Source of the DNA: a virus
DNA length: 64,000 nt
IMG/VR virus record: IMGVR_UViG_3300020576_004720
Coordinates: 7,706-71,705 of that record
Strand: one strand, 5' to 3'
A model generated the notes under the pieces. That model had not been told where the DNA came from, did not search any database, and saw only the letters and a list, made by a program, of their open reading frames with translations. The position numbers and the translations under genes were made by a program. Of this stretch, positions 37,962-44,504 are shown piece after piece. Position 1 is the first letter of the stretch. The number at the start of each line of letters is the position of its first letter.

Positions 37962-38003
37962 TAAAAATAAATTTGGAAGTTCGAAAACTTTTTACTATAT
38001 TAG
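37962..38003 (+). promoter_or_regulatory. promoter family copy 2 (TTTG - 20 nt - TATATTAG) with an embedded hairpin AAGTT-CGAAA-ACTT
   Basis: Same AAATAAATTTGG leader as copy 1. It ends 4 nt before the ATG of HNH-1, so the mRNA is probably leaderless. Confidence 0.5.
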
Positions 38004-38007
38004 TAGT

Positions 38008-38571
38008 ATGAAAGTAAGTTTAATATGTCCTGTTTGTAAATCTAAATTTGAAAAGGAAGAGAAATATATAAATTTTAGTATCAAAAAAGATTGGAAAATT
38101 TATTGTTCAAATGAATGTAAGCATATAGGAAAAGCAAAAGAATATAATTATAAATGTGCAAATTGTGGTAAAGATTTGATAGTTACTCCTAGTAGAATTA
38201 AAAGGTCTAAAACAGGAAATTTATATTGTAGTAAAAAGTGTTCGACTATAAAAAACAATACTCTTTTTAAAAAATGGGAAAATCATCCTCAATATAAAAC
38301 TGGTATAGGTAGTTATAGATGGATAAAGATAAAATCAATGAAGGAATTAAAATGTGAGGAATGTAATTTTGATAACCCTTTAGCTTTAGAAGTTCATCAT
38401 AAAGATAGAAATAGAAAAAATAATAATCTTGATAACTTACAACTACTTTGTTGTAATTGTCATACAATAAAGCATAAAACAGGTAGTGGGCTAATTGGTA
38501 AGCCGCCACATTTGGGATGTGGACATCATGCAGAATCGTCCTCTGTCTACCTGACACAAAAGATTGAATAA
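38008..38571 (+). CDS. HNH homing endonuclease (HNH-1), with N-terminal Cys-rich zinc fingers
   Basis: LEVHHKDRNRKNNNLDNLQLLCCNCHTIKH (HNH motif) and CPVCKSKF...C...C. Confidence 0.8.
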   Translation: MKVSLICPVCKSKFEKEEKYINFSIKKDWKIYCSNECKHIGKAKEYNYKCANCGKDLIVTPSRIKRSKTGNLYCSKKCSTIKNNTLFKKWENHPQYKTGIGSYRWIKIKSMKELKCEECNFDNPLALEVHHKDRNRKNNNLDNLQLLCCNCHTIKHKTGSGLIGKPPHLGCGHHAESSSVYLTQKIE

Positions 38572-38625
38572 TTTAAGCGACTAAGTTATAAAATAGATGG
38601 TTCGAATCCATTCATTGCCACATAG

Positions 38626-38700
38626 GTCCATATGGCTGAGAGGTCAAAAGCAACAATCTGCAAAATTGTAAAACCGTTGGTTCAAATCCAACTATGGACT
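38626..38700 (+). tRNA. tRNA-Cys (GCA)
   Basis: Acceptor GTCCATA/TATGGAC, anticodon stem ACAAT/ATTGT with loop CTGCAAA, T-arm GTTGG-TTCAAAT-CCAAC. Confidence 0.75.
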
Positions 38701-38706
38701 CTAAAT

Positions 38707-38780
38707 GCCTCCTATGCAGATATGGTGCTGCGTCTGCCTTGTAAGCAGAAATAGAGAGTTTTCGAGTAACTCAGGAGGAT
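38707..38780 (+). tRNA. tRNA-Thr (TGT)
   Basis: D-arm GCAG/CTGC, anticodon stem TCTGC/GCAGA with loop CTTGTAA, T-arm GAGTT-TTCGAGT-AACTC. Positions 1 and 72 are a G-A mismatch. Confidence 0.65.
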
Positions 38781-38786
38781 CTAAAA

Positions 38787-38860
38787 GGTAACTAAGCAAT
38801 TGTTGGTCAATGCATCTGTTTGAAGAACAGACTAACTCAGTTCGAACCTGAGAGTTACCA
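38787..38860 (+). tRNA. tRNA-Phe (GAA)
   Basis: Acceptor GGTAACT/AGTTACC, anticodon stem TCTGT/ACAGA with loop TTGAAGA, T-arm CTCAG-TTCGAAC-CTGAG. Confidence 0.8.
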
Positions 38861-38865
38861 CAGAT

Positions 38866-38936
38866 ACCTCGTTGGTGTAATGGTAGCACAAGAGCTTCCA
38901 AACCTCTTGGAACCTTTTCGATTAGGGTACGAGGTG
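38866..38936 (+). tRNA. tRNA-Trp (CCA)
   Basis: Acceptor ACCTCGT/ACGAGGT, anticodon loop TTCCAAA (one C-C mismatch at the base of the anticodon stem), T-arm ACCTT-TTCGATT-AGGGT. Confidence 0.65.
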
Positions 38937-38959
38937 CAGGATACTGGATGAAGAAAAAT

Positions 38960-39032
38960 TCCAATATGGGGTAATTGGTAACCCGACTGACTTTGATTCA
39001 GTAGATTCTAGGTTCGAACCCTAGTATTGGAT
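38960..39032 (+). tRNA. tRNA-Gln (TTG)
   Basis: Acceptor TCCAATA/TATTGGA, anticodon stem ACTGA/TCAGT with loop CTTTGAT, T-arm CTAGG-TTCGAAC-CCTAG. Confidence 0.8.
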
Positions 39033-39034
39033 CT

Positions 39035-39107
39035 GGTGGTTATAGCTTAATGGTAGAGCGGTACATTGTGGCTGTATTATGTGAGGGTTCGAGTCCCTTT
39101 AATCACC
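39035..39107 (+). tRNA. tRNA-His (GTG), with G-1
   Basis: Acceptor GTGGTTA/TAATCAC preceded by an extra G that pairs with C73. Anticodon loop TTGTGGC. T-arm GAGGG-TTCGAGT-CCCTT. Confidence 0.75.
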
Positions 39108-39114
39108 CTGTAAA

Positions 39115-39187
39115 CCACTTTTAGTTAAACTGGAAATAACCTTTGACTACGGATCAAAAATTATCTGTTCGAATCAGATAAAGTGGT
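39115..39187 (+). tRNA. tRNA-Arg (ACG)
   Basis: Acceptor CCACTTT/AAAGTGG, anticodon stem TTTGA/TCAAA with loop CTACGGA, T-arm ATCTG-TTCGAAT-CAGAT. Confidence 0.75.
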
Positions 39188-39390
39188 CAAAAATATATAT
39201 CTTTGTAGTATGAGAAATATCACACTTTATACTGGAGTTGGTGGTTATATAATGTTTCAAGAGTCATTAGAACAAATAACTCTTGGGACTAGAAGAGTAT
39301 ATATAGGCAAAAAGGTCCCTAGAATACTAAGAAAAGTTCATAAGAAAATAGAAAAAGCAGAAAACGGAAAATATTTTTTTAGAACAAAAA

Positions 39391-39428
39391 AATAAATTTG
39401 GATTTTTAAAAAATACATTGTATATTTG
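39391..39428 (+). promoter_or_regulatory. promoter family copy 3 (AAATAAATTTGG - 20 nt - TATATTTG)
   Basis: Exact consensus. Confidence 0.55.
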
Positions 39429-39457
39429 CACTAATTAAAAGTTATAGACATTCACAA

Positions 39458-39544
39458 ATGCAATCTTTAAATATCATAGCGATGGTGAAAGGTAATATTG
39501 AGGATAGAAACTCAATAGGGTTTGTGTTGTCTTTCTGTAAGTGA
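39458..39544 (+). CDS. candidate leader peptide (28 aa, MQSLNIIAMVKGNIEDRNSIGFVLSFCK) upstream of the Lys-Val-Arg-Asn-Met...Gly-Glu-Asp-Ile tRNA array
   Basis: Short ORF between promoter copy 3 and the terminator at 39567-39600. Codons AAA/AAG, GTG, AGA, AAT/AAC, ATG, GGG/GGT, GAG, GAT and ATC/ATT/ATA correspond to the downstream tRNAs. Confidence 0.35.
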   Translation: MQSLNIIAMVKGNIEDRNSIGFVLSFCK

Positions 39545-39566
39545 GAGTTAAGAAAATAAAATACAC

Positions 39567-39600
39567 AAGCCCTTCCCAAAAAGAAGGGCTTTTTTATTTC
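39567..39600 (+). terminator. rho-independent terminator / attenuator immediately 5' of tRNA-Lys
   Basis: AAGCCCTTC-CCAAAAA-GAAGGGCTT followed by TTTTTATTTC. tRNA-Lys starts at the next base. Confidence 0.65.
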
Positions 39601-39674
39601 TCCTCTTAACTCAGTTGGCTAGAGTAGTAAACTTTTAATTTACGAGTCGTGGGTTCGAGTCCCTCAGGGGAGAC
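39601..39674 (+). tRNA. tRNA-Lys (TTT)
   Basis: Acceptor CTCCTCT/AGGGGAG with a G-U pair, D-arm ACTC/GAGT, anticodon stem GTAAA/TTTAC with loop CTTTTAA, T-arm GTGGG-TTCGAGT-CCCTC with one U-U mismatch. Confidence 0.7.
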
Positions 39675-39679
39675 ATATA

Positions 39680-39752
39680 GAGGATTAACTCAGTTGGCAG
39701 AGTGCTTGTATTACAAACAAGAAGTCAGGATCTCGGAATTCCTATCCTCTAC
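39680..39752 (+). tRNA. tRNA-Val (TAC), non-canonical T-loop
   Basis: Acceptor AGAGGAT/ATCCTCT, anticodon stem CTTGT/ACAAG with loop ATTACAA. T-arm AGGAT-CTCGGAA-TTCCT lacks the usual TTC. Confidence 0.6.
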
Positions 39753-39757
39753 ACAAG

Positions 39758-39830
39758 TCCTTGTAACTCAACGGATAGAGTATTTGCCTTCTAAGCAAAA
39801 AGTTGTAAGTTCGATTCTTACCAAGGATAC
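39758..39830 (+). tRNA. tRNA-Arg (TCT)
   Basis: Acceptor GTCCTTG/CAAGGAT, anticodon stem TTTGC/GCAAA with loop CTTCTAA, T-arm GTAAG-TTCGATT-CTTAC. Confidence 0.75.
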
Positions 39831-39871
39831 AGGTGGGTTACCTTTCCCCGTGGAGTTAAAAAAGGAGATGT

Positions 39872-39945
39872 GGGAAGTTAGCTCATGTTGGTAGAGCAAA
39901 TGACTGTTAATCATTAGGTGAAGGGATCGTCACCCTTACTTCCCT
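39872..39945 (+). tRNA. tRNA-Asn (GTT), unusual T-loop ATCGTCA
   Basis: Acceptor GGGAAGT/ACTTCCC, D-arm GCTC/GAGC, anticodon stem AATGA/TCATT with loop CTGTTAA, T-stem AAGGG/CCCTT. Confidence 0.7.
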
Positions 39946-39950
39946 CATAA

Positions 39951-40022
39951 TGTGAGGTAATGCAGCGGTAGCAGAAAAGGCTCATACCCTTTTAGTCGGG
40001 AGTTCGAATCTCCCCCTCGCAA
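39951..40022 (+). tRNA. tRNA-Met (CAT)
   Basis: Acceptor TGTGAGG/CCTCGCA, anticodon stem AAAGG/CCTTT with loop CTCATAC, T-arm GGGAG-TTCGAAT-CTCCC. Confidence 0.75.
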
Positions 40023-40046
40023 CAGAAAAATTACTATCTTTGCAAT

Positions 40047-40511
40047 ATGGAAAAATATTTTCGGACACAAGATGGTAAAATAGTAAATATCATCGAACAT
40101 ACGCTAGATCAGATTGAAAAATTCAATCATCTAGAAATATCTATCGGAACAGATAGTCAAGACTGGGGACAAGATACCGTTTATGTAACTTGTATAGCTT
40201 ATAGATATGGAAGAAGAGGTGCTCATTTTATTTACTTAAAAGAAGTTGTATCAAGAATAAAAGATTTTAGTCAATTTACAAGATTATATGGAGAAGGATT
40301 AAGAACTCTTGAAATACATGATACTTTGACTCAAGATATCCCTATTGCTGTTAAAGCTTTGGAATTTGATTTTGCAGATGCAAAGAAAACTATAAGTTCT
40401 AAATTAGTTTCTGCGTTTAAAGGTTATGCAAACTCAACTTTTAAAACTGGAGAAATGATAGCATGTAAGGCTGCAGATCACGTCATAAGACACCCTTCTG
40501 TATATAAATAA
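40047..40511 (+). CDS. hypothetical protein (154 aa) embedded in the tRNA island; weak RNase H-like/DUF458-like GTDSQ motif
   Basis: ORF. ISIGTDSQDWGQDTVYVTCIAY is the only suggestive motif. Confidence 0.45.
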   Translation: MEKYFRTQDGKIVNIIEHTLDQIEKFNHLEISIGTDSQDWGQDTVYVTCIAYRYGRRGAHFIYLKEVVSRIKDFSQFTRLYGEGLRTLEIHDTLTQDIPIAVKALEFDFADAKKTISSKLVSAFKGYANSTFKTGEMIACKAADHVIRHPSVYK

Positions 40512-40634
40512 GTGTTACTGATGTACACAGTGTCGTAGTCCCTCTTAAGCCTCTGATTCAAGCTCAAATGAAGAGTGTAATCGTAAAGTACACATAGTTA
40601 ATAGGTTCTATCGGGCGTACAAAAACCTAAACCT

Positions 40635-40708
40635 GCAGTAGTAGTTCAATTGGTAGAATGCCGTCCTTCCAAGTCGGAGGTTTGCAAGTTCGAGTCTTGT
40701 CTACTGCA
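40635..40708 (+). tRNA. tRNA-Gly (TCC)
   Basis: Acceptor GCAGTAG/CTACTGC, D-arm GTTC-AATTGGTA-GAAT, anticodon loop CTTCCAA, T-arm GCAAG-TTCGAGT-CTTGT. Confidence 0.7.
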
Positions 40709-40711
40709 CAT

Positions 40712-40785
40712 GCCATGTTTGACTAGCGGTCTAGGTCAACACTCTTTCACGGTGTTATTCATGGGTTCGAATCCCATACATGGTA
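40712..40785 (+). tRNA. tRNA-Glu (TTC)
   Basis: Acceptor GCCATGT/ACATGGT with G1-U72, anticodon stem ACACT/GGTGT with loop CTTTCAC, T-arm ATGGG-TTCGAAT-CCCAT. Confidence 0.75.
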
Positions 40786-40789
40786 CTAA

Positions 40790-40864
40790 CGCCTATTAGG
40801 GGAGTTGGTCGTCCCTGTTCCTCTGTCTAAGGAAAGATCCTCGGTTCGAATCCGTGATAGGCGA
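40790..40864 (+). tRNA. tRNA-Asp (GTC)
   Basis: Acceptor CGCCTAT/ATAGGCG, D-stem GGGG/CCCT, anticodon stem TTCCT/AGGAA with loop CTGTCTA, T-arm CTCGG-TTCGAAT-CCGTG. Confidence 0.7.
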
Positions 40865-40867
40865 CAT

Positions 40868-40944
40868 GCTGATGTATCCTCTCTGGCTTATATCCAGTTG
40901 AAAAGGTAGTTGGTTACACATTAGTTCGAATCTAATCATCAGTA
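40868..40944 (+). tRNA. irregular tRNA-like gene (77 nt), possible tRNA-Ile(TAT)-like; D-arm missing or displaced
   Basis: Acceptor GCTGATG/CATCAGT and T-arm ATTAG-TTCGAAT-CTAAT are clear. The only anticodon-like hairpin is CTGG-CTTATAT-CCAG, which gives TAT. A D-loop-like GTAGTTGGTTAC sits where the variable region should be. Confidence 0.4.
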
Positions 40945-40947
40945 CAA

Positions 40948-40984
40948 AATAAATTTGATAAATTCGAACTTTTATCTTATATTG
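40948..40984 (+). promoter_or_regulatory. promoter family copy 4 (TTTG - 20 nt - TATATTG) with an embedded TTCGAAC hairpin; drives HNH-2
   Basis: AAATAAATTTGATAAATTCGAACTTTTATCTTATATTG is homologous to the HNH-1 promoter region. Confidence 0.5.
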
Positions 40985-41004
40985 TATATATAAAGTATAC
41001 AATA

Positions 41005-41550
41005 ATGGTTAAAAAGACAAAAATTTTGGAACTTTTTCATAAAGGATTTAGTTCTGCTGAAATATCTAAACAGTTAAGATGCTCTAAATCAACAGTAAGT
41101 TATCATTGTTCAAAATTTATTAACAAAGTTGATAAATATACACCTGAATTATTAAAAATATATCAGGATGCTTATGATCAAGGATTATCTTTTAAAGGTG
41201 TTGCTGATAAATTTAAAGTATCAAGACAATTATTAGGTAAAAAATTAAAAGCAAGAAAACTTACAAAACTTCAAATTAAACAAAAAGCTGACAAAAGAAA
41301 AAAAGGCTATAGGTTAAAAGTAAAAGAACAATGTGTAGAATATAAAGGAGGGAAATGTTGTAAATGTGGATATAATAAATGTCTTGCTGCTTTAGAATTT
41401 CATCATATTGATCCTAATAAAAAAGATTATACTATAAGTGGTGGAACTAAAAGTTTTCAAAACTTAAAGTCTGAATTAGATAAATGTATTTTAGTGTGTA
41501 AAAATTGTCATGCAGAGATACATTTTCAAATAATTAATAATGACTTGTAG
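41005..41550 (+). CDS. HNH homing endonuclease (HNH-2) with an N-terminal helix-turn-helix
   Basis: LEFHHIDPNKKDY...CKNCHAEIH (HNH motif) and AEISKQLRCSKSTVSYH (HTH-like). Confidence 0.8.
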   Translation: MVKKTKILELFHKGFSSAEISKQLRCSKSTVSYHCSKFINKVDKYTPELLKIYQDAYDQGLSFKGVADKFKVSRQLLGKKLKARKLTKLQIKQKADKRKKGYRLKVKEQCVEYKGGKCCKCGYNKCLAALEFHHIDPNKKDYTISGGTKSFQNLKSELDKCILVCKNCHAEIHFQIINNDL

Positions 41551-41613
41551 CTCAAATGGTAGAGCGTTACACTGATAATGTAAAGGTAGTGAGATCGTTA
41601 CTCACCAAGTCAA
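41541..41613 (+). tRNA. tRNA-Ile (GAT), overlapping the last 10 nt of HNH-2
   Basis: Acceptor TGACTTG/CAAGTCA, D-arm GCTC-AAATGGTA-GAGC, anticodon stem TTACA/TGTAA with loop CTGATAA, T-arm GTGAG-ATCGTTA-CTCAC. Confidence 0.75.
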
Positions 41614-41770
41614 CTAAGGGGGTGCATGTTCCAAGGCTGGCGAAGTAGTTTTGCAAACTATTTGAGAAGATTTCGATTATCTTCATCTCCACAAAATAAA
41701 TTTTGGAAGAAAAAAGAAAAGTTGTATTTTTGCCTTGGTTTTTATAGGCATCATTGTCACGGAATAGAAA

Positions 41771-41805
41771 GTCCTTCTAGAAATAGAAGGATTTTTTATT
41801 TTGAC
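41771..41805 (+). terminator. rho-independent terminator
   Basis: AGTCCTTCTA-GAAA-TAGAAGGATT followed by TTTTTATTTT. Confidence 0.65.
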
Positions 41806-42178
41806 TAATATCCCTTATTTTTGCCAAAAGGTTTTTTCCAACTTTTATCCTTTAGCACAATAAAAGTTATCTATTAAAACTAGTATGAAAGTAACTAATT
41901 CATACGATAGGATGTATAAATATCAAGCAATGTCTATCCGTGACAACTTGTACCTGCAAGAAAAAACCAAGTAGGCTAAAATACATTCCTCCGTGAAAAT
42001 ATAAAGTCCTCATAATCAACAGCCTACATGGTGAAAAGATGAGGCACAGGGACACGGGAGTTTTAGGTTAGATGAGTCTATCTAAATGCTTGAAGATAGA
42101 AACCCTACTTGCAGGGATAAACGGAGGTGTGTTTGGTAATATCAGAAATATTTAGTATATTATAATAAAAGTATAAAA

Positions 42179-43978
42179 ATGGCAATATATTACGTAGATT
42201 CCAGTTACACTGGTTCAACATCTAATGGTGGTATAAATACACCTTGGAAGTCTCTATCAAATGTAAATTCAAATATGAGTTTACTTCAACCTGGAGACCA
42301 AGTCTTATTAAAAAGAGGACAGAGTTATTCAGGAACTCTAAATATAACAAGATCTGGTAATTCATCAGCAAGAATTATTTTTGGTGCATATGGAACAGGG
42401 GCACAACCTAAATTATTAGGTACAGGTGCATCTATTAATGTTCTTATATCTATGTATAATAGATCATATATTACACTGCAAGACTGGACTATAGTAGATG
42501 AGTCTATATCTGCAGTAGATAGAACAATACAGGCAAAAATTCAAAGAGCTATTGTTCCAGATTCATCTACTAATATTACTATTACAAGATGTAATTTTGA
42601 TAGAACTGGTTGTGCGTTGTATACTACTGGTGATAATACAACTTTTACATATTCTACAGTACAGAATATGAGGATGATTAAAAACACCAAAGATGGTCCG
42701 CCTCCCGGAAATGATGATGACTATGGTGCTAATGGTGTAATTATATCTTCTTCTAATAATATTATTACAAATAATATATTTGAAGGGTGTTGGGCAGATT
42801 CATATGATTATGAATATGATGGTGGAGCAGTAGATATTTACGCTGATGTAGATTGTAGTAATAACCTTATAGCATACAATAGTTTTAATGATTGCAATGG
42901 TGTTATTGAAATTGGTGGTTCAGGTGGACGTACTGTAACCGGAACTGTATTAGCATACAATAAATGTACAAATAATGGGTCTTTTATGTATGTGAGTAAT
43001 TCAGGCACTTTTGCTACAAATGTAATTAATACAAGTATACTTAATAATGTTATTGTCGAAACTCAACCATTTAGAGTATCAAGTAATGCAATGATAGGAT
43101 ATAAGAGCACTCCTACTACAGCAGCTACTTTAACTGTAAAGAATAATATATTTCAATTATATGGTACTGTAGATGTCTATAGAGCACAGTGGAATAATAC
43201 TACTCTTATTCATGAAAATAATGTATACAAATTAAATACATCAGGAACAGGTTCATTATTAAATATTACAGCAAACCCTAGTGAGATTGTAACAAGTGCT
43301 AACTTTTGGACCTCAACTTCAGGAAATGCAAAAGATTGGAACTTCTCTCCTTTAGTTGGCAGTGTATTAATAAATGCAGGAACAAATGTGGGGTACTCTG
43401 TAGATTTTGCAGGTGTTGCTGTTAGTAATCCTCCTGAAATAGGTATTTTAGAATATGTTGCTGGTACAACAACTACTACAAGTTCTACTTCAAGTACAAG
43501 TAGTACAAGTACAACTTCTACTTCAAGTACAAGTACAACTACAACTACAACTTTAGTTCCTACTACAACAACTACTACTTCAAGTACATCAACAACATCA
43601 ACAAGTAGTACAACTACCACTAGTTCAACAACTACAACTACAAGTTCTAGTACAACTACGACTACAACTATAAATGAACCTATTCAAGGAACTATTTCTT
43701 TATCAGGAACATTACCAAGAAGAAGAGTTTCAAATATTTGTTGGAATATAAATACAAATGTACCTGTAGTAAAATATATTGAAAGAATGACAAATAATGT
43801 ATTTACAACTATTTACACTATTCCTGGTGGTTATAGTACTACAGCATCTAACTGTAGGGATATCAAATTAAGTTTAACCATTAATACTTTTAGAATTAAA
43901 GTAGTAGATAGTTATGGAAATATAAAATACTCTCAGACTATAAGTTATAATAATCAGGGATTTTTAATAGATGTTTAA
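42179..43978 (+). CDS. tailspike / polysaccharide-depolymerase-like protein (right-handed parallel beta-helix + Ser/Thr-rich linker + C-terminal domain)
   Basis: Repeated NxxIxxNxF-type pectate-lyase-fold repeats (ITITRCNFDRTGCALYTTGDN..., IISSSNNIITNNIFEGCW...). About 70-aa linker made only of Thr/Ser. Confidence 0.55.
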   Translation: MAIYYVDSSYTGSTSNGGINTPWKSLSNVNSNMSLLQPGDQVLLKRGQSYSGTLNITRSGNSSARIIFGAYGTGAQPKLLGTGASINVLISMYNRSYITLQDWTIVDESISAVDRTIQAKIQRAIVPDSSTNITITRCNFDRTGCALYTTGDNTTFTYSTVQNMRMIKNTKDGPPPGNDDDYGANGVIISSSNNIITNNIFEGCWADSYDYEYDGGAVDIYADVDCSNNLIAYNSFNDCNGVIEIGGSGGRTVTGTVLAYNKCTNNGSFMYVSNSGTFATNVINTSILNNVIVETQPFRVSSNAMIGYKSTPTTAATLTVKNNIFQLYGTVDVYRAQWNNTTLIHENNVYKLNTSGTGSLLNITANPSEIVTSANFWTSTSGNAKDWNFSPLVGSVLINAGTNVGYSVDFAGVAVSNPPEIGILEYVAGTTTTTSSTSSTSSTSTTSTSSTSTTTTTTLVPTTTTTTSSTSTTSTSSTTTTSSTTTTTSSSTTTTTTINEPIQGTISLSGTLPRRRVSNICWNINTNVPVVKYIERMTNNVFTTIYTIPGGYSTTASNCRDIKLSLTINTFRIKVVDSYGNIKYSQTISYNNQGFLIDV

Positions 43979-44016
43979 AATAAATTTGGTTTTTGTAAAT
44001 TATTATACTATATTTG
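43979..44016 (+). promoter_or_regulatory. promoter family copy 5 (AAATAAATTTGG - 20 nt - TATATTTG)
   Basis: Exact consensus. The ATG of the leader ORF lies 5 nt downstream. Confidence 0.55.
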
Positions 44017-44020
44017 CATC

Positions 44021-44092
44021 ATGAAAAATAACAAACTATATAGTTCCTTATCGTATCTCTTACAAAGTAAGAGCAGGGATTATATTGTTTAA
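44021..44092 (+). CDS. candidate leader peptide (23 aa, MKNNKLYSSLSYLLQSKSRDYIV) of the Leu-Leu-Ser-Ser-Tyr tRNA operon
   Basis: 12 of 23 codons are Leu/Ser/Tyr (CTA, TTA x2, CTC, TAT x3, AGT x2, AGC, TCC, TCG). This matches the five downstream tRNAs. A terminator follows 25 nt after the stop. Confidence 0.4.
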   Translation: MKNNKLYSSLSYLLQSKSRDYIV

Positions 44093-44117
44093 AAATAATT
44101 ATATTGTTTACAATAAA

Positions 44118-44149
44118 ACCCTGCCAATTTTGGTGGGGTTTTTCTTTTT
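44118..44149 (+). terminator. rho-independent terminator / attenuator abutting tRNA-Leu
   Basis: ACCCTGCCAA-TT-TTGGTGGGGT (10-bp stem with two G-U pairs) followed by TTTTTCTTTTT. tRNA-Leu starts at the next base. Confidence 0.65.
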
Positions 44150-44235
44150 GGGGATGTGGTGGAATTGATAGACACCCTAGACTTAGGATCTAGTGTTAAT
44201 AAACTGGCGTGAGAGTTTGAATCTCTCCATCCCTA
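44150..44235 (+). tRNA. tRNA-Leu (TAG), type II with long variable arm
   Basis: 86 nt. Acceptor GGGGATG/CATCCCT, anticodon stem CTAGA/TCTAG with loop CTTAGGA, T-arm GAGAG-TTTGAAT-CTCTC. Confidence 0.7.
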
Positions 44236-44240
44236 CAAAT

Positions 44241-44314
44241 GGTCTAGTAAGCTAACTGGGAAAGCTATAAAACTTAAAATTTTATGTTTGTGAGTTCGAA
44301 TCTCACCTAGACTA
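44241..44314 (+). tRNA. tRNA with anticodon TAA (Leu UUA) but short type I architecture (74 nt)
   Basis: Acceptor GGTCTAG/CTAGACT, anticodon stem TAAAA/TTTTA with loop CTTAAAA, T-arm GTGAG-TTCGAAT-CTCAC. Variable region is only 5 nt. Confidence 0.6.
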
Positions 44315-44318
44315 CAAT

Positions 44319-44405
44319 GGTAAGGTGCTCAAGTGGTCATAAGAGCCTCGCTTTGAAAGCCTGTGTGATGTAAAAGTCCCGTGGGTTCGAATCCCACCCT
44401 TGCCT
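44319..44405 (+). tRNA. tRNA-Ser (TGA), type II
   Basis: 87 nt. Acceptor GGTAAGG/CCTTGCC, anticodon loop TTTGAAA (imperfect stem), 17-nt variable arm, T-arm GTGGG-TTCGAAT-CCCAC. Confidence 0.6.
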
Positions 44406-44410
44406 CAAAT

Positions 44411-44494
44411 GGAGAGTTGCAGGAATTGGTAAACTGTTCTGTTTGCTAAACAGAAGATGTAAAAGTCGCAAGAGTTCGAATCTTGTACTCTCCT
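44411..44494 (+). tRNA. tRNA-Ser (GCT), type II
   Basis: 84 nt. Acceptor GGAGAGT/ACTCTCC, anticodon stem TCTGT/ACAGA with loop TTGCTAA. Its 15-nt variable arm resembles that of the neighbouring Ser tRNA. Confidence 0.65.
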
Positions 44495-44504
44495 CATAAT
44501 CAAT

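Noticed and set aside
37921-38617. A tRNA split by an HNH-containing group I intron. The acceptor half GGCGATG at 37921 pairs with CATTGCC at 38609, with HNH-1 between them.
   Set aside because: The acceptor match is good, but I could not fold a consistent D-arm, anticodon arm or T-arm from the 5' segment. A TCCCA/TGGGA hairpin competes with any D-stem. No group I P1-P9 elements are recognisable. The 3' fragment is kept only as an orphan T-arm remnant.
39183-39395. Listed 70-aa ORF directly after tRNA-Arg(ACG).
   Set aside because: It starts inside the tRNA 3' end. Only the internal 48-aa basic segment (from MFQESLEQ...) could be real, and no promoter or motif supports it. It is left unannotated.
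43210-43620. Minus-strand ORF of poly-Val (VVVVLLVDVV...).
   Set aside because: It is the reverse complement of the Thr/Ser-rich (ACN/AGY) linker of the tailspike gene and is not a real gene.
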